DNA of 64,000 nucleotides from an uncultured bacterium (GCA_963695435.1 OY968788.1:207424-271423); one strand, 5' to 3'; positions 38,975-49,403 are shown, counted from the stretch's first letter. Numbers and translations are program-made. Notes: generated from the sequence alone by a model not told the origin.

Positions 38975-40321
38975 ATGCTAAAAATATTCAATACATTAGG
39001 GAGGAAACTGCAGGAGTTTAAACCGATCAAAAAGGGTGCGGTTTCGATGTATTCCTGTGGACCGACTGTTTACAAGTCAGCGCACATTGGGAATCTGCGG
39101 GCGTATTTGGCATCAGATATTTTACGGAGAGTTTTGGAATACAACGGGTACAAAGTGAAACAGGTAATAAATATCACAGATGTAGGACATCTGACATCAG
39201 ACGCAGATACAGGTGAAGATAAAGTAGAAAAGGAAGCGAAGAAAGAACACAAAAAGGCATCTGAAATCACAAAATTTTATGCCGACCAGTTTGTGAAAGA
39301 TATCAAGACGCTGAATATTGAATTGCCTGTGAAATTTGCGTGGGCGAGCAAATATATAAAAGAACAAATCGATTTAATTAAGAAATTAGAGAAAAAAGGT
39401 TACGTCTATGTAACGGAAGACGGAGTTTATTTTGATACGGCGAAATTTAAAGGCTACGGGAAGCTAGGGAAAGTTAGCACTGGCGTGGCACGAGTAGCCC
39501 ATAGCAAAGAAAAGAAACGAGAAACTGATTTCGCTTTGTGGAAATTCTCGGGCAATGAAAAACGACAGCAGGAGTGGAAATCTCCGTGGGGAGTCGGTTT
39601 CCCGGGATGGCATATTGAATGTTCGGCAATTTCCACGAAAGAATTGGGACAGCCGTTTGATATTCATACAGGCGGAATTGATCATGTGCTAATTCATCAC
39701 AATGATGAAATTGCGCAAAGCGAAGCAGCTTATGGCAAGCCGTTGGCAAATTATTGGGTACACAATGATTTTCTGCAGATGAATGATAAAAAGATGGCGA
39801 AAAGCACCGGCAATTTTTACACTTTGTCGGATTTGATAAAACAAGGCATTGATCCGATGGTATTTCGGTATTTTGTTATTTCGGGACAATATCGGCAGAA
39901 ATTGAACTTTTCTAAGTCAGCACTTGAAGGTGCGCAGAATTCTTTGAATAAATTGCGAGCGGTGTTTGATGAAAAAACTCGTGGCGGGAAGATTTCACAA
40001 ACGCACAAGCAAAAGTTTTTGGCTGGTCTTAATGATGATTTGAATATGCCGAAAGCGTTGGTAGTAGTTTGGGATTTGGTGAAATCTAAAAAATCTTTTG
40101 CGGACAAACAAACTACTCTGCTCAATTTTGATAAAGTTTTGGGATTAGGGTTGAAAGACTATAAGCCATCTGCTATTCCAGCGGAGGTGAAAAAGTTAGT
40201 TGCAGAGCGTGAAAAAGCTCGTAAAACAAAAGACTGGAAAAAAGCCGACCAAATCAGAGAAAAGATAGCTAAACTCGGCTTTACGGTGGAGGATACCTCC
40301 AAGGGGCCCAGGATTGGCTAG
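38975..40321 (+). CDS. cysS: Cysteine--tRNA ligase
   Basis: CGPTVY, HIGN, DFALWK, GFPGWHIECSA, KMAKS. Confidence 0.97.
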   Translation: MLKIFNTLGRKLQEFKPIKKGAVSMYSCGPTVYKSAHIGNLRAYLASDILRRVLEYNGYKVKQVINITDVGHLTSDADTGEDKVEKEAKKEHKKASEITKFYADQFVKDIKTLNIELPVKFAWASKYIKEQIDLIKKLEKKGYVYVTEDGVYFDTAKFKGYGKLGKVSTGVARVAHSKEKKRETDFALWKFSGNEKRQQEWKSPWGVGFPGWHIECSAISTKELGQPFDIHTGGIDHVLIHHNDEIAQSEAAYGKPLANYWVHNDFLQMNDKKMAKSTGNFYTLSDLIKQGIDPMVFRYFVISGQYRQKLNFSKSALEGAQNSLNKLRAVFDEKTRGGKISQTHKQKFLAGLNDDLNMPKALVVVWDLVKSKKSFADKQTTLLNFDKVLGLGLKDYKPSAIPAEVKKLVAEREKARKTKDWKKADQIREKIAKLGFTVEDTSKGPRIG

Positions 40322-40373
40322 TTATCCCCATCGTTTGAGCTAGGCAAGGGGTATTCAGGTATATAATCAGAGT

Positions 40374-41321
40374 ATGGAGGAAGGGAGATACAATTATGCG
40401 CGAGATGGGTTTGTCTATCTCTTGAGTTACGCTACGCTGCTGATTAGCAGTGTAGGTTTGAACTTTTTGTTGAAGGCGATTGTTGCTAAATTTATTCCCG
40501 ACTCGCTGCAAACCGTTACCACGGCTTTACCCGATGAAGTGCTCATCGGTTTTATGGCGGCGGCGCTGATTAGTTTCCCAATTTTTGTTTATCTTAATTT
40601 TACCGCTAATAGATTACTGAAGAGCGGAAAGATGAAACCGGAGTCCGGAGTTCGGAACTGGTTGTTGTATATCACTATGGTGGCGGTTATTCTCATTATC
40701 ATCTGGCAGATAATTCAGCTATTCATGGGGTTCTTCAACGGCGTGTTAGTAATGCAATTTATTATCGATACACTAATTACTTTGGCGATTGCTTTTGCGG
40801 TATTGGGTTATCAATGGTGGCATCTTCGGACATTTGGCGGCCACAAAGAGCCTAGTGTTGGTTTGGGATTCAGAATTTTTGAGTGGATAGTGTTTGTTGT
40901 TATGGCTGGAGCGGTGATCAGCAGCTTCTTCATCATCGGTAGTCCGGCAACTCGGCGGGCAACAAATTTGGACAATACTAGAGTGCAGAGATTGTCGGAA
41001 ATTCAGGGGGCCATCCAAAACTACTATGGGTTTAAGGGCGGGGCTGGTCATCTGGCGCTCCCAGTAAATCTTGATCAACTGGTTGCCGACGCAAACACCT
41101 ATATTCCTCCCGATGGTTTGATTGACCCTGTCACCAAACAAAGATTTGAATACAGGGTAATGGGTCCTAGAATCTACGAGTTGTGTGCTACTTTCGAAAC
41201 GGTGTTTTCAGCTACTAGCAATAATAAAACTTCTGTCACTCCTGTAACTGAACCGGCTAGTTCGACTCAACGGTTTTATCACGGAATTGGGAGGCAATGC
41301 TTTCCCTTGAATGTAAACTAG
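40374..41321 (+). CDS. DUF5671-like membrane protein with pilin-like C-terminus
   Basis: Several TMs then P..R...D..R...L..I...I..Y...LP..L..L...DP.T...YELCA.F. Confidence 0.7.
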   Translation: MEEGRYNYARDGFVYLLSYATLLISSVGLNFLLKAIVAKFIPDSLQTVTTALPDEVLIGFMAAALISFPIFVYLNFTANRLLKSGKMKPESGVRNWLLYITMVAVILIIIWQIIQLFMGFFNGVLVMQFIIDTLITLAIAFAVLGYQWWHLRTFGGHKEPSVGLGFRIFEWIVFVVMAGAVISSFFIIGSPATRRATNLDNTRVQRLSEIQGAIQNYYGFKGGAGHLALPVNLDQLVADANTYIPPDGLIDPVTKQRFEYRVMGPRIYELCATFETVFSATSNNKTSVTPVTEPASSTQRFYHGIGRQCFPLNVN

Positions 41322-41410
41322 CGTTTGGCGTTTAGTTTTTTATTTTTCTTTTGTCATGCTTGAGTGAAACGAAGCATCTATAATGATGTTTCTTTTTTTA
41401 TTTTTCTTTT

Positions 41411-41725
41411 CAAGGGTCTGCGCGACCCTTGGCGGCGGGACCGAGCGCCGAATCGCGCTCGACCGATTGTCGCTTTGTCTTGGCAAAGCGACGGAAACCG
41501 CTTGCCCACGTCGTCGGAACTATCAATTGGCAAAAATCATCTTTCCGCTAATGGTCGAAACTCGGTCGGTCGCCGCGGCGACCTCCTTCAAACATCTCCC
41601 CGCGGTGATGATTTTACTCAATTGATTACGTTCTTCCTCCTATGGCGGGGGAAGACTTCATTCTAGATTCTAAATTCTAGATTCTAGATTCCAGATTCTA
41701 TCCTTGGGCTCCAATGGCGGAGGGA
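41411..41725 (+). repeat. Structured dispersed repeat, copy B (with internal ATTCTAG heptamer array 41660-41700)
   Basis: Shares modules with copies at 11770 and 15561. Confidence 0.8.
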
Positions 41726-41850
41726 GAGGCGATGATTTCTCTTGCTCTTGATTTACCCCCCCAATCACTTAGAATGGGGGCGATTTGGCATCTTGAAATG
41801 TCGGTAAGGTAATCTCTGAAGAAAACATCCCTAAAGGAGGGAAAAGCTCG

Positions 41851-42283
41851 ATGAAACGGTTCTTCTTTCTGATTCTTCTGGTGTTGCTCCTTGTGAGTTG
41901 CGGCGGCGGCGGAAGACCGGGGATAGACAATACAACTCCTTTCTCCCCCGACGGTTAATCCACCCTACTTAAGTTATGTGGAGATCAGCCCTCCGCTTGT
42001 TGCGATTCCGGCTGGCGGTACATGTCAGTTCCATGCACGGGCCTTCGACGACGAGGGTAACCCTATGTATGGAATGTACGGAGGAGAAGAGTTGCGGTAC
42101 TGCTTTGCAAAAGCAGACGAGCTCAAAGGAAGCATCAATTCTGTAACTGGGTTGCTCACAGTGGCTGAAGATTGTCCACCGGGACGCTACGATGATGCGA
42201 TACATGTAGTCGCATACATCCCAAGTGGCCGAAATACTCCTACTGTTTATGCGGATGTGGTGGTTGTTGCGGAGTCACCGTAG
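41851..42283 (+). pseudogene. Frameshifted lipoprotein with Ig-like domain
   Basis: AAGGAGG SD, MKRFFFLILLVLLLVSCGGGG lipobox ORF stops at 41958; +1 frame open from 41927 continues into VEISPPLVAIPAGGTCQF... Confidence 0.6.
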
Positions 42284-42321
42284 ACACAACTTTTGCATTC
42301 AGTACCTTTACGATTACGATT

Positions 42322-42351
42322 AGCCCAGCGCGGGAACGCGCTGGGCTTTTT
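42322..42351 (+). terminator. Intrinsic terminator
   Basis: agcccagcgcg-ggaa-cgcgctgggct plus T-run. Confidence 0.75.
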
Positions 42352-42397
42352 GCTATCTCTCACTAGGTCACTAGGGAACTAGGTCACTTGTTCTTCG

Positions 42398-42595
42398 TTA
42401 CTTCTTTCTTTTTGGGGCGAAGACGAAGATATAGAGGATTTCTAGTAGACCCAACGTATTGATGATTAAAAGGAAAATATACCACCACATTTGATCTGCT
42501 CGGGCGGATTTCCACAGAGCAACAGCCTTCCAAGGAAGTGTCCATGCAACTGCTAACCAAATGACCCAAGTATTGTCGATGAGAAATTGTGTCAT
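42398..42595 (-). CDS. DUF5652-like small membrane protein
   Basis: W...WK..ALWKSAR..Q..W....LI.NTLG.LEI.Y. Confidence 0.75.
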   Translation of the reverse strand: MTQFLIDNTWVIWLAVAWTLPWKAVALWKSARADQMWWYIFLLIINTLGLLEILYIFVFAPKRKK

Positions 42596-42678
42596 GATCT
42601 CTTGATTAATAATTTATATAGATATATTTATTTTAGATCCTTCCCCCGAAAAATCGGGGTCAGGATGACGCTGGAGCG

Positions 42679-43338
42679 TCACTTATTACCTTGTTTGAAC
42701 CAGATGAAAGACATCAGAATAGGAAGACCACCGGCAACGGATACGCCAATCATCGGGATGTAAAAATTGAGCGGAGTTGGCATAAGCGGAGAGAGTAAAA
42801 ACAGAACACCGCCGATAGCAAAAGTATAGGCGCCGAGACGGTGAGTTTTTTGCCAGTTTGTTTCGTTATCCAGTGTCCAGGGTGTGCGAATGCCCATAAA
42901 GAAGTTGGATTTCACTTGTGTTAGATAATTACCAATAAACAAGAATAGTACACCGACTGATATTGGAATGATTTTATCAATCGCTATTGGGTTGCTAGTG
43001 ATGGCAGCGTAGGTGGTCAGCCCGTACATAAAAGCGAAGAACACCATCATAAAGTTGCGAATCATTTGGTAGAAACCCCATGATTCAATAAAGTGCTGAC
43101 GACGTGGTTCGATGTGAGGTAGCAGCAAAAATAGTAGATACATTCCGAGCATCATACCAGGGAACATCAGTACATGCCCAAGGGGTGTGGTCCAGCCGTC
43201 AATTTGTCCGCTGATTCCCCAATGAGACGGAACTTTGGCGGGAAGCAGAGGATACACCCAAATTGCTGCGGCAATTACCATTAAGATGAGCAGTATTGAA
43301 AGCCATTCGGTTTTGAATGTGAACTTAATTTTTTGCAT
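42679..43338 (-). CDS. SdpI family immunity protein (DUF1648 + SdpI)
   Basis: LP..VP.HW...G..DG, N.F.GIRTPWTL...W.KTHR. Confidence 0.88.
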   Translation of the reverse strand: MQKIKFTFKTEWLSILLILMVIAAAIWVYPLLPAKVPSHWGISGQIDGWTTPLGHVLMFPGMMLGMYLLFLLLPHIEPRRQHFIESWGFYQMIRNFMMVFFAFMYGLTTYAAITSNPIAIDKIIPISVGVLFLFIGNYLTQVKSNFFMGIRTPWTLDNETNWQKTHRLGAYTFAIGGVLFLLSPLMPTPLNFYIPMIGVSVAGGLPILMSFIWFKQGNK

Positions 43339-43601
43339 TATTTAAACCCTTCCAAAAAATTATTGATTATATCGTAGAACACAGTAGTGTTTAGTGAATA
43401 AAGAATGTTTTGTCCCTGTTTTTCAGAGGTGATTAGGTTGGCGGATTTCAGGGTGTTCAAGTGGTGCGAAAGGGAGGGACCAGAGATAGGGAAGTAGATG
43501 CCTAATTCGCTCGGAGTCAAATCCCGCTTCCGCAATTTTTTCAGAATCTCTCGGCGGATAGGATCTGATAGAGCCTTAAATGCTAGCGATACTCCACTCA
43601 T
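43338..43601 (-). CDS. ArsR/SdpR family repressor
   Basis: FKALSDPIRREIL, SLSHHL..LK.A.LI...K.GQ.I.YSLNTTV; upstream of sdpI-like gene. Confidence 0.9.
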   Translation of the reverse strand: MSGVSLAFKALSDPIRREILKKLRKRDLTPSELGIYFPISGPSLSHHLNTLKSANLITSEKQGQNILYSLNTTVFYDIINNFLEGFK

Positions 43602-43699
43602 GGTAATTAGATGTTTAGAGAACTATCTAAATACTAACAAGGTCGGGGAGGGGCGTCAAGGGGATTTACAAAAAGTGATTTTGCGGTAACCTATTTATC

Positions 43700-44143
43700 A
43701 TGAAGATCGTCAGCCAACTGATTGACTTTCAAACCGCTCAAACTCTGGATTTTATTGATATTACAGATTCAATACAGGGGAAGATTGCCGAAAGTGATAT
43801 TGAGAAGGGTTTGGTCAATATTCAAAGTCTGCATACAACTCTGGCGGTGGTGGTGAACGAATCAGAACCACTGCTGATTTCGGATATGAAAAAACTGCTG
43901 GAGGAATCAGCGCCCCAATCTAGAAAATATGCGCATGATGATTTTACGGTACGTACGGTGAATATGTGCGAGGACGAATGTGCTAATGGTCACGCTCACA
44001 ACAAAGCTTTGCATTTGCCGACTTCGGTGATGCTGAATATAGTTGAAGGAAAACTGCAGTTGGGGCAGTGGCAGAGGGTGTTTGCGATAGAATTGGATAG
44101 GCCTCGCGACCGGCAAGTCGCTTTACAGATTATTGGGGTATAA
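43700..44143 (+). CDS. YjbQ/UPF0047 family protein
   Basis: HTT...VNE.E, NGHAH, LG.WQR.F..ELD.PR.R. Confidence 0.9.
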   Translation: MKIVSQLIDFQTAQTLDFIDITDSIQGKIAESDIEKGLVNIQSLHTTLAVVVNESEPLLISDMKKLLEESAPQSRKYAHDDFTVRTVNMCEDECANGHAHNKALHLPTSVMLNIVEGKLQLGQWQRVFAIELDRPRDRQVALQIIGV

Positions 44144-44155
44144 TTCAGGTGTTAT

Positions 44156-44229
44156 TCCCGGATCGTCTAACGGCAGGACACAAGGTTTTGGTCCTTGGAA
44201 TCGGGGTTCGATTCCCTGTCCGGGAGCCA
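44156..44229 (+). tRNA. tRNA-Gln(TTG)
   Basis: Acceptor tcccgga/tccggga, anticodon arm caagg-ttTTGgt-ccttg, T arm with GGTTCGATTCC, encoded CCA. Confidence 0.95.
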
Positions 44230-44328
44230 TGAGACAAATTTTAATGTGGGAGTCCCGTGATTCGTTCTGCTGTACAGCAGAACCGCCCCAGACCCGAAGG
44301 GTCCCCATCGGGGCCAATTTGGATACGG

Positions 44329-44358
44329 AAAAAGGCGGGCCATAAGGCCCGCCTTTTT
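44329..44358. terminator. Bidirectional terminator
   Basis: aaaaaggcgggcc-ataa-ggcccgccttttt. Confidence 0.8.
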
Positions 44359-44371
44359 GATGTTGTAAGGT

Positions 44372-46417
44372 TCAGAGACCAAAGCAGTACATGAGTCCAT
44401 CGTTGCTGATGATATATACTACTCCGTCTCCAACTGCCGGGAGTGTGTCCACTGGTCCGCCAGTAGTGTACTCCCATTTCACCGACTTGTCTGGGTTGAG
44501 AGCGTAAATGTTACCATTGTAACTGGCGACATAGACGGTTCCATTAATGTCGGCGGTAATGAAATTACCGCCATACATCGTCCCGGATGGGAACTCCCAG
44601 TTGACGCTACCGTCTACTCGGCTTAGTGAGTAGATCTTGTCTTCATCGGCAAGGTTGCTGGTGTAGATAGCGGTATCAGTGATGACCGGGGAAGCCATTA
44701 GAAACTCACCCAGTAGGGGGCTCTGCCACTTCAACTGACCATCGGGGTGGAGAGCATAGACATAACCATCGTAGCTCGCTACATAGATGGTGCCTTCTTC
44801 GTCGATAGAAGCAGAAGCAAAGATGCCCGCGCCAGTGGCAAAGTGCCATTTCTCGGTGCCATCAGGGTTGATGGCGTAGAGGTTCTTGTCGAAACTTCCC
44901 ACGAAGATAGTTCCATCTTCCCCGATGGCGGGGGAACCATAGACCGTATTTCCGGTTGGGAAAGTCCAGACAATACTGCCGTCGCTTGGATGAAAAGCGT
45001 AAACATTCCAGTCCAAGCTTCCGGCATAGATCGTCCCATCCTTTGGCGAGATGGCAGGTGAACTGAAGATCCCTGCCACATCACTTATGGTTGGGGAAGT
45101 CCATCTTAGACTTCCGTCGAAACTAGAGAATGCGTAGATTTGATTGTCTGCGCACCCTAGATAGACGTCGCCGTCATTACCGATGGCACAGGTGCTTTGG
45201 GTTTGCACAGATAGATTTATCGGTACAGTCCATCGCTCACTGCCGCTATCGTTCACGGCGAAGAGATTGTTGTGGACAGCGTAGATTCCATTCGGTCCAA
45301 TCGTCACCCCGGCATACATCATTGCTCCACTGCTGACGGGGTAAGTCCACTTGACGGCATTGGTCTGGGGGCCGGCAAATGCTCCTCTACAAGTGTTCTT
45401 GGGGTTCCCGCCATACTTTGGCCAGGAACTTTGTGCTAACCCTGCTGTTTTACCCGTAAAATCCATCCCGACTGCATCGTCGTTCGTTATGGACAGGTGA
45501 ACGGGCGCGGGGGAGAACCAATGTCCTTCCATTTCCGCGGAGAGGATGTAATCTCCCGTAGGGATGAAAGAGAAGGCGTAGCTCCCGTCTGCCGTCGTTA
45601 CGATGGTACTGTTTTTGGGCATCAGTTTGACTAATGCCCCTGAAAGCCCGAGGCCAACGGAATCTTTTATCATCCCGCTGATGCTAAACAATGGTGGGAG
45701 GTTGGGCATTGCTACCTCCGCTTCCGTACCGTCAGCATCGTCTCCGAATGCAGTCACTTTGTATCGCACATCGGATGTGGCAAAGTGTTCGTCGGTGACT
45801 CCACTGATGTCGTCGATGTAGCCATACTCCGTTTCCAACTCTGTTCCCATAATTCGGTTGGCAGACCAATTGGGGCTGCCGAGATCCGAATTGGGACGAA
45901 AGTTGGTCTCCCAATCAACAGTTGTCCCATTCCACTTTCCTCGCCAGACTCGGAATCCTTCCAAATGGACTCCGAAATTCATCGCAATGGCGGTAACATC
46001 GGCGATGTTGATTGTAGGATCGTTATCGCCGTTGACGAAGATGGTTTCCGCATGGCTGTTACATTCTTGACCATAGTATATCGCCAGCGGCGTGATGTCG
46101 CTGATGTCAATACTGCCATCGTTGTTGTAGTCGCCCTTGAGGGCGATCGACGACCAAGTCAACATAGATTTTTCTTCGGGGCCGTTGCCCACGGCAACCA
46201 AGCTGGTTACCGTTACAAATGCGGTTGGTGGGGCCGACACACTTCTTGTTGCCAGTTGTTTGGACAGCTCTTCGTTCAGTGCTGTCCAAATTTGTTCGTT
46301 GACGCCTTGCGGCGCAACGATGACAGGTTTGCCTAGTCCTTTTAGGACAGGAGTGGGATGGCCGCAACCAGTGATTGCGACTACCAGCAGTACAGAGATA
46401 AAAATAATATGTCGCAT
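44372..46417 (-). CDS. Lipoprotein with dockerin-like EF-hand repeats, carboxypeptidase-regulatory-like domain and PQQ-type beta-propeller
   Basis: SD aggagg, lipobox ITGC, GDYNNDGSIDISDIT and NGDNDPTINIADVT, repeated SSPAI..DGTIY.GS.D..YA..PDG..KW. Confidence 0.8.
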   Translation of the reverse strand: MRHIIFISVLLVVAITGCGHPTPVLKGLGKPVIVAPQGVNEQIWTALNEELSKQLATRSVSAPPTAFVTVTSLVAVGNGPEEKSMLTWSSIALKGDYNNDGSIDISDITPLAIYYGQECNSHAETIFVNGDNDPTINIADVTAIAMNFGVHLEGFRVWRGKWNGTTVDWETNFRPNSDLGSPNWSANRIMGTELETEYGYIDDISGVTDEHFATSDVRYKVTAFGDDADGTEAEVAMPNLPPLFSISGMIKDSVGLGLSGALVKLMPKNSTIVTTADGSYAFSFIPTGDYILSAEMEGHWFSPAPVHLSITNDDAVGMDFTGKTAGLAQSSWPKYGGNPKNTCRGAFAGPQTNAVKWTYPVSSGAMMYAGVTIGPNGIYAVHNNLFAVNDSGSERWTVPINLSVQTQSTCAIGNDGDVYLGCADNQIYAFSSFDGSLRWTSPTISDVAGIFSSPAISPKDGTIYAGSLDWNVYAFHPSDGSIVWTFPTGNTVYGSPAIGEDGTIFVGSFDKNLYAINPDGTEKWHFATGAGIFASASIDEEGTIYVASYDGYVYALHPDGQLKWQSPLLGEFLMASPVITDTAIYTSNLADEDKIYSLSRVDGSVNWEFPSGTMYGGNFITADINGTVYVASYNGNIYALNPDKSVKWEYTTGGPVDTLPAVGDGVVYIISNDGLMYCFGL

Positions 46418-46969
46418 GGTTTGCGACCTCCTTCTAGTTTTCAATGAGCTCCCGAGGCTTCCCCCGAGGCAGGTTCAATATAGCAAAAAAGTGGCTCTAG
46501 GTCAATAATTTTCAGCTTATGGTGCGCCCGAAAAATCGGGCTGTTTGGGGCAAAAAAGTTTGTGGTGGGCGAGGATTTTGTTCGCTCTATGGTTTATGGA
46601 GACTTATCCCCATTGAAGTAATATTGACCCTATAAAATAAAGAGCTGATAATTAGGTTGTTATAACAGCTAAGTTCATGGGGACCCAAAAAATGGCAGGA
46701 AAGAAAAAGAAGAAGGCCAAGGCCAAGAAGAAATAGGTTAATTCCTATTTCGTTTGGAATTATAAATAAACAAGACGACTCGATTTATCGGGTCGTTTTG
46801 TTGTTTGGTATAATAGGAATATGCCCAGTAGAGAAATTTAGAACGTCTTGGGCGAATGCTATGTTCTCTGCTGGATAAACAAAATCGTAATAACTATCAG
46901 ATAAAATTATAAACTGGATAATGCCCAAGTCGGGCAAGAGAATATAGCTTCTAAATTCTTCTACTGGGT

Positions 46970-47422
46970 ATGAAAAATAATTTATTAGCTCTACAGAATT
47001 TTTTGCTGACGGCGGGCACATTGTTCGCGGGATACAATGTTTTCAGGGTAATCGAGAGATATCTTAGTATTGATGGTTTGTGGACTGTGTATAAAATGCC
47101 GAGTGGTTTGGTCAACCCATTACTTACTCCTTGCTTCTGGGGATTTGTAGTTTTTATTATTGCGTGTATATGGTCAATTGCTCTGCGTATTAATTACAGC
47201 AAGGCGAGCCAATACAAATTGGTTTGGCTGATTGCGGTAGGCGCAGTTTTCGCCTGGGGGAATTACGGTTACGAATTAGGACGGCTGTACCACAATCAAG
47301 TATGTAATCTAGGATGCGCGCCCGGATACTTTGGTATTCCCCAATTTACAAGTTGTGTGGTGGGGGCGACTATCTTTACTTTGGCACTGATTACGGCGGT
47401 GAAGTTGCGCAAAAGTAATTAG
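46970..47422 (+). CDS. Membrane protein with four TM segments and several cysteines
   Basis: Hydrophobic segments, TPCFWG, C...C, TSC. Confidence 0.7.
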   Translation: MKNNLLALQNFLLTAGTLFAGYNVFRVIERYLSIDGLWTVYKMPSGLVNPLLTPCFWGFVVFIIACIWSIALRINYSKASQYKLVWLIAVGAVFAWGNYGYELGRLYHNQVCNLGCAPGYFGIPQFTSCVVGATIFTLALITAVKLRKSN

Positions 47423-47452
47423 TGGGAGCGAATTATTGGCAAGAGGGGTGCT

Positions 47453-47481
47453 TTGACAAAAGCTAAATTTTTTGGTATAAT
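47453..47481 (+). promoter_or_regulatory. Consensus sigma70 promoter
   Basis: TTGACA-17 nt-TATAAT. Confidence 0.75.
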
Positions 47482-47515
47482 GGAAGTAAGTCTGGGGGAC
47501 GAAACCAAAAACAAA

Positions 47516-48295
47516 ATGTCACATAGTCACTGTTTCAGATTAGTTCAAAGAAAAAACCGCCGCCGTTCAGGTACGGCGGTATTAGTGTTCCCGGGGTTGA
47601 TTCCGACTTACTCTAACCTCGACGGAGAGGCGAGATTGTTTTCGCAGTTCGGTGATGTATTGGAATTTCACTATCCCGAAAAGAATATAAAAATTCAAGA
47701 TTTGTATCATGATGTGACAGACACCATCAGGGAACTTCAGTACAAAAAAATAATTTTACTAGGAATGTCGTTCGGTGGAACAATAGCATATTTACTAACA
47801 CGCTATTGGCGTAAACATAGAATAGATGTTGGGTTATCTGCATTTGTAGCGGCATCCACTCCTTTCCAGCCAGAAAATCTTACGCCTCGTTCACAATTTG
47901 AATTAGACTTGGGCGCGACATTAGATGCGTACGCTAGGAAGGTGATGATAGCCGTAGTAAGAATGCTGAAATTTGTTTGGAGATTTAGTTTTGGTCTTGC
48001 TCATTTCTATGCCAAAGACAGTTCGGTCCAAGAAACAATCAACGGAATCCGAATGGGCTATATTTTACGACAGGACTGGGTGGTTAAGCGCAGATTCCTG
48101 CAGGTTCCGGCATTGCTTCTAAATACCAAAGATAGTGTTACTGATCCGTTCGTTTTGCGAGAGAACGAATTGGACTTTTTGGAAATCTTTCCTCACGGAA
48201 AAGTGATGCGGGTGTTGACTCGTCATGCTGAAATCAAAGGGGTGGCGCCGGTGGTTTATCGGCAGGTGACACAGTTTCTTCGGGAAGCTCTATAA
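47516..48295 (+). CDS. Alpha/beta hydrolase-fold protein
   Basis: VLVFPG, GMSFGG nucleophile elbow, D and H near the C-terminus. Confidence 0.7.
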   Translation: MSHSHCFRLVQRKNRRRSGTAVLVFPGLIPTYSNLDGEARLFSQFGDVLEFHYPEKNIKIQDLYHDVTDTIRELQYKKIILLGMSFGGTIAYLLTRYWRKHRIDVGLSAFVAASTPFQPENLTPRSQFELDLGATLDAYARKVMIAVVRMLKFVWRFSFGLAHFYAKDSSVQETINGIRMGYILRQDWVVKRRFLQVPALLLNTKDSVTDPFVLRENELDFLEIFPHGKVMRVLTRHAEIKGVAPVVYRQVTQFLREAL

Positions 48296-48404
48296 ATTCT
48301 TAAAATAGGCTTGATTTGAACTTGAAAAAATAGGGGTAAAATCGCCTTGAAAAGGGCGGTTTTTTCAGATATAGTGAAAGGGCTAGAAGTGAAGAAAAAA
48401 TGGG

Positions 48405-49403
48405 ATGAAATTTGAGGAAGAAATCACCGACAACGAGGCAGAAGAAATTGAAGCGGAAACAAAAGAAATGAAAAGCTACCATCGGCCAAAAGCGCCCGGT
48501 TTGTTGCTGACTATTTTTGGTGCGATTATTGTGATTTTGGTTGGTGGGTTGGCTTCATATTATTACTACACTTTCCAAAGCCAAGGAACGGTTGGTGAGA
48601 AAAAATTGAAGCAAGTTTGGAGTGATACGGTGAACGAAAGCAATTTGTTGCTGACCAAATTCAATAGCATTGATACTTTTGATAAATTGGGCGACACCAG
48701 CAGTGGCCAATCGCTAACACAGTTGATAAATGCTACAAATCAAACTGTTCGTGATGGTTTGTATGACATTGGGTCGCAGACCGGGCTCAATATCAAAGCC
48801 AGCACGGCAGCCAGTAAGCTAACTAGTTTTCTAGAGGATTACAGTGCGATGCTTTTGGAATTGAAACGGATTGCGGGACGAGTGGCGGATGTCAGCGACA
48901 AAAAAGAATTGGATACACTGAAAGCCGATGGTGAACAGGCATCCAAGTCGTATGACGAGTTATTGTTGGTGGGGAACAGTCTGGTCCAAACAAAACTGCC
49001 GCGAGCTATCTTTGATATTCCAAGCGATGTGGAGGTGCTTTTGGGCAAGAAGATAGATGAGGGTGGTACGCAAACCGAACAGCAAACTGCGGCTCAACAG
49101 GCGGCGGAACAGGTAGTAAGCCAGTTTGTGCAGGCATGGCAGAGTCGAGACGCAGATGGAATGACGGCAAGATTGACTAAGGGTGCTAAAGCAGATTTCA
49201 GCCCGGGGATTGTGGAAGAATCATCGGATGTCACAGGTTTTAGAATTACAAAGACTACTGTGCCGGAAGATTTGAGCAAAGTGACCATTGTAGGTGAATT
49301 GGATAAACAAACACCTGATAAGAAAAAAGTTACTGAAAATTGGCAATTTGTTCTGGTGAAAAGCGGAGACAAGTGGTTGATAGACAGTTGGGCGAAACAA
49401 TAA
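48405..49403 (+). CDS. Membrane-anchored hypothetical protein
   Basis: Single TM, helical middle, C-terminal NTF2-like ending WLIDS. Confidence 0.7.
   Translation: MKFEEEITDNEAEEIEAETKEMKSYHRPKAPGLLLTIFGAIIVILVGGLASYYYYTFQSQGTVGEKKLKQVWSDTVNESNLLLTKFNSIDTFDKLGDTSSGQSLTQLINATNQTVRDGLYDIGSQTGLNIKASTAASKLTSFLEDYSAMLLELKRIAGRVADVSDKKELDTLKADGEQASKSYDELLLVGNSLVQTKLPRAIFDIPSDVEVLLGKKIDEGGTQTEQQTAAQQAAEQVVSQFVQAWQSRDADGMTARLTKGAKADFSPGIVEESSDVTGFRITKTTVPEDLSKVTIVGELDKQTPDKKKVTENWQFVLVKSGDKWLIDSWAKQ

Noticed and set aside
41364-41666. ORFs 41364-41666, 41383-41625, 57918-58271, 15598-15819
   Set aside because: They are translations of the structured repeat copies, not credible genes
41660-41700. 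Possible CRISPR array among the short repeats
   Set aside because: Period of 7 nt with no unique spacers; no 25-40-nt repeat-spacer array or cas gene seen in the window
44230-46690. Prophage or integrative element at tRNA-Gln
   Set aside because: No integrase, phage genes or duplicated tRNA 3' end found
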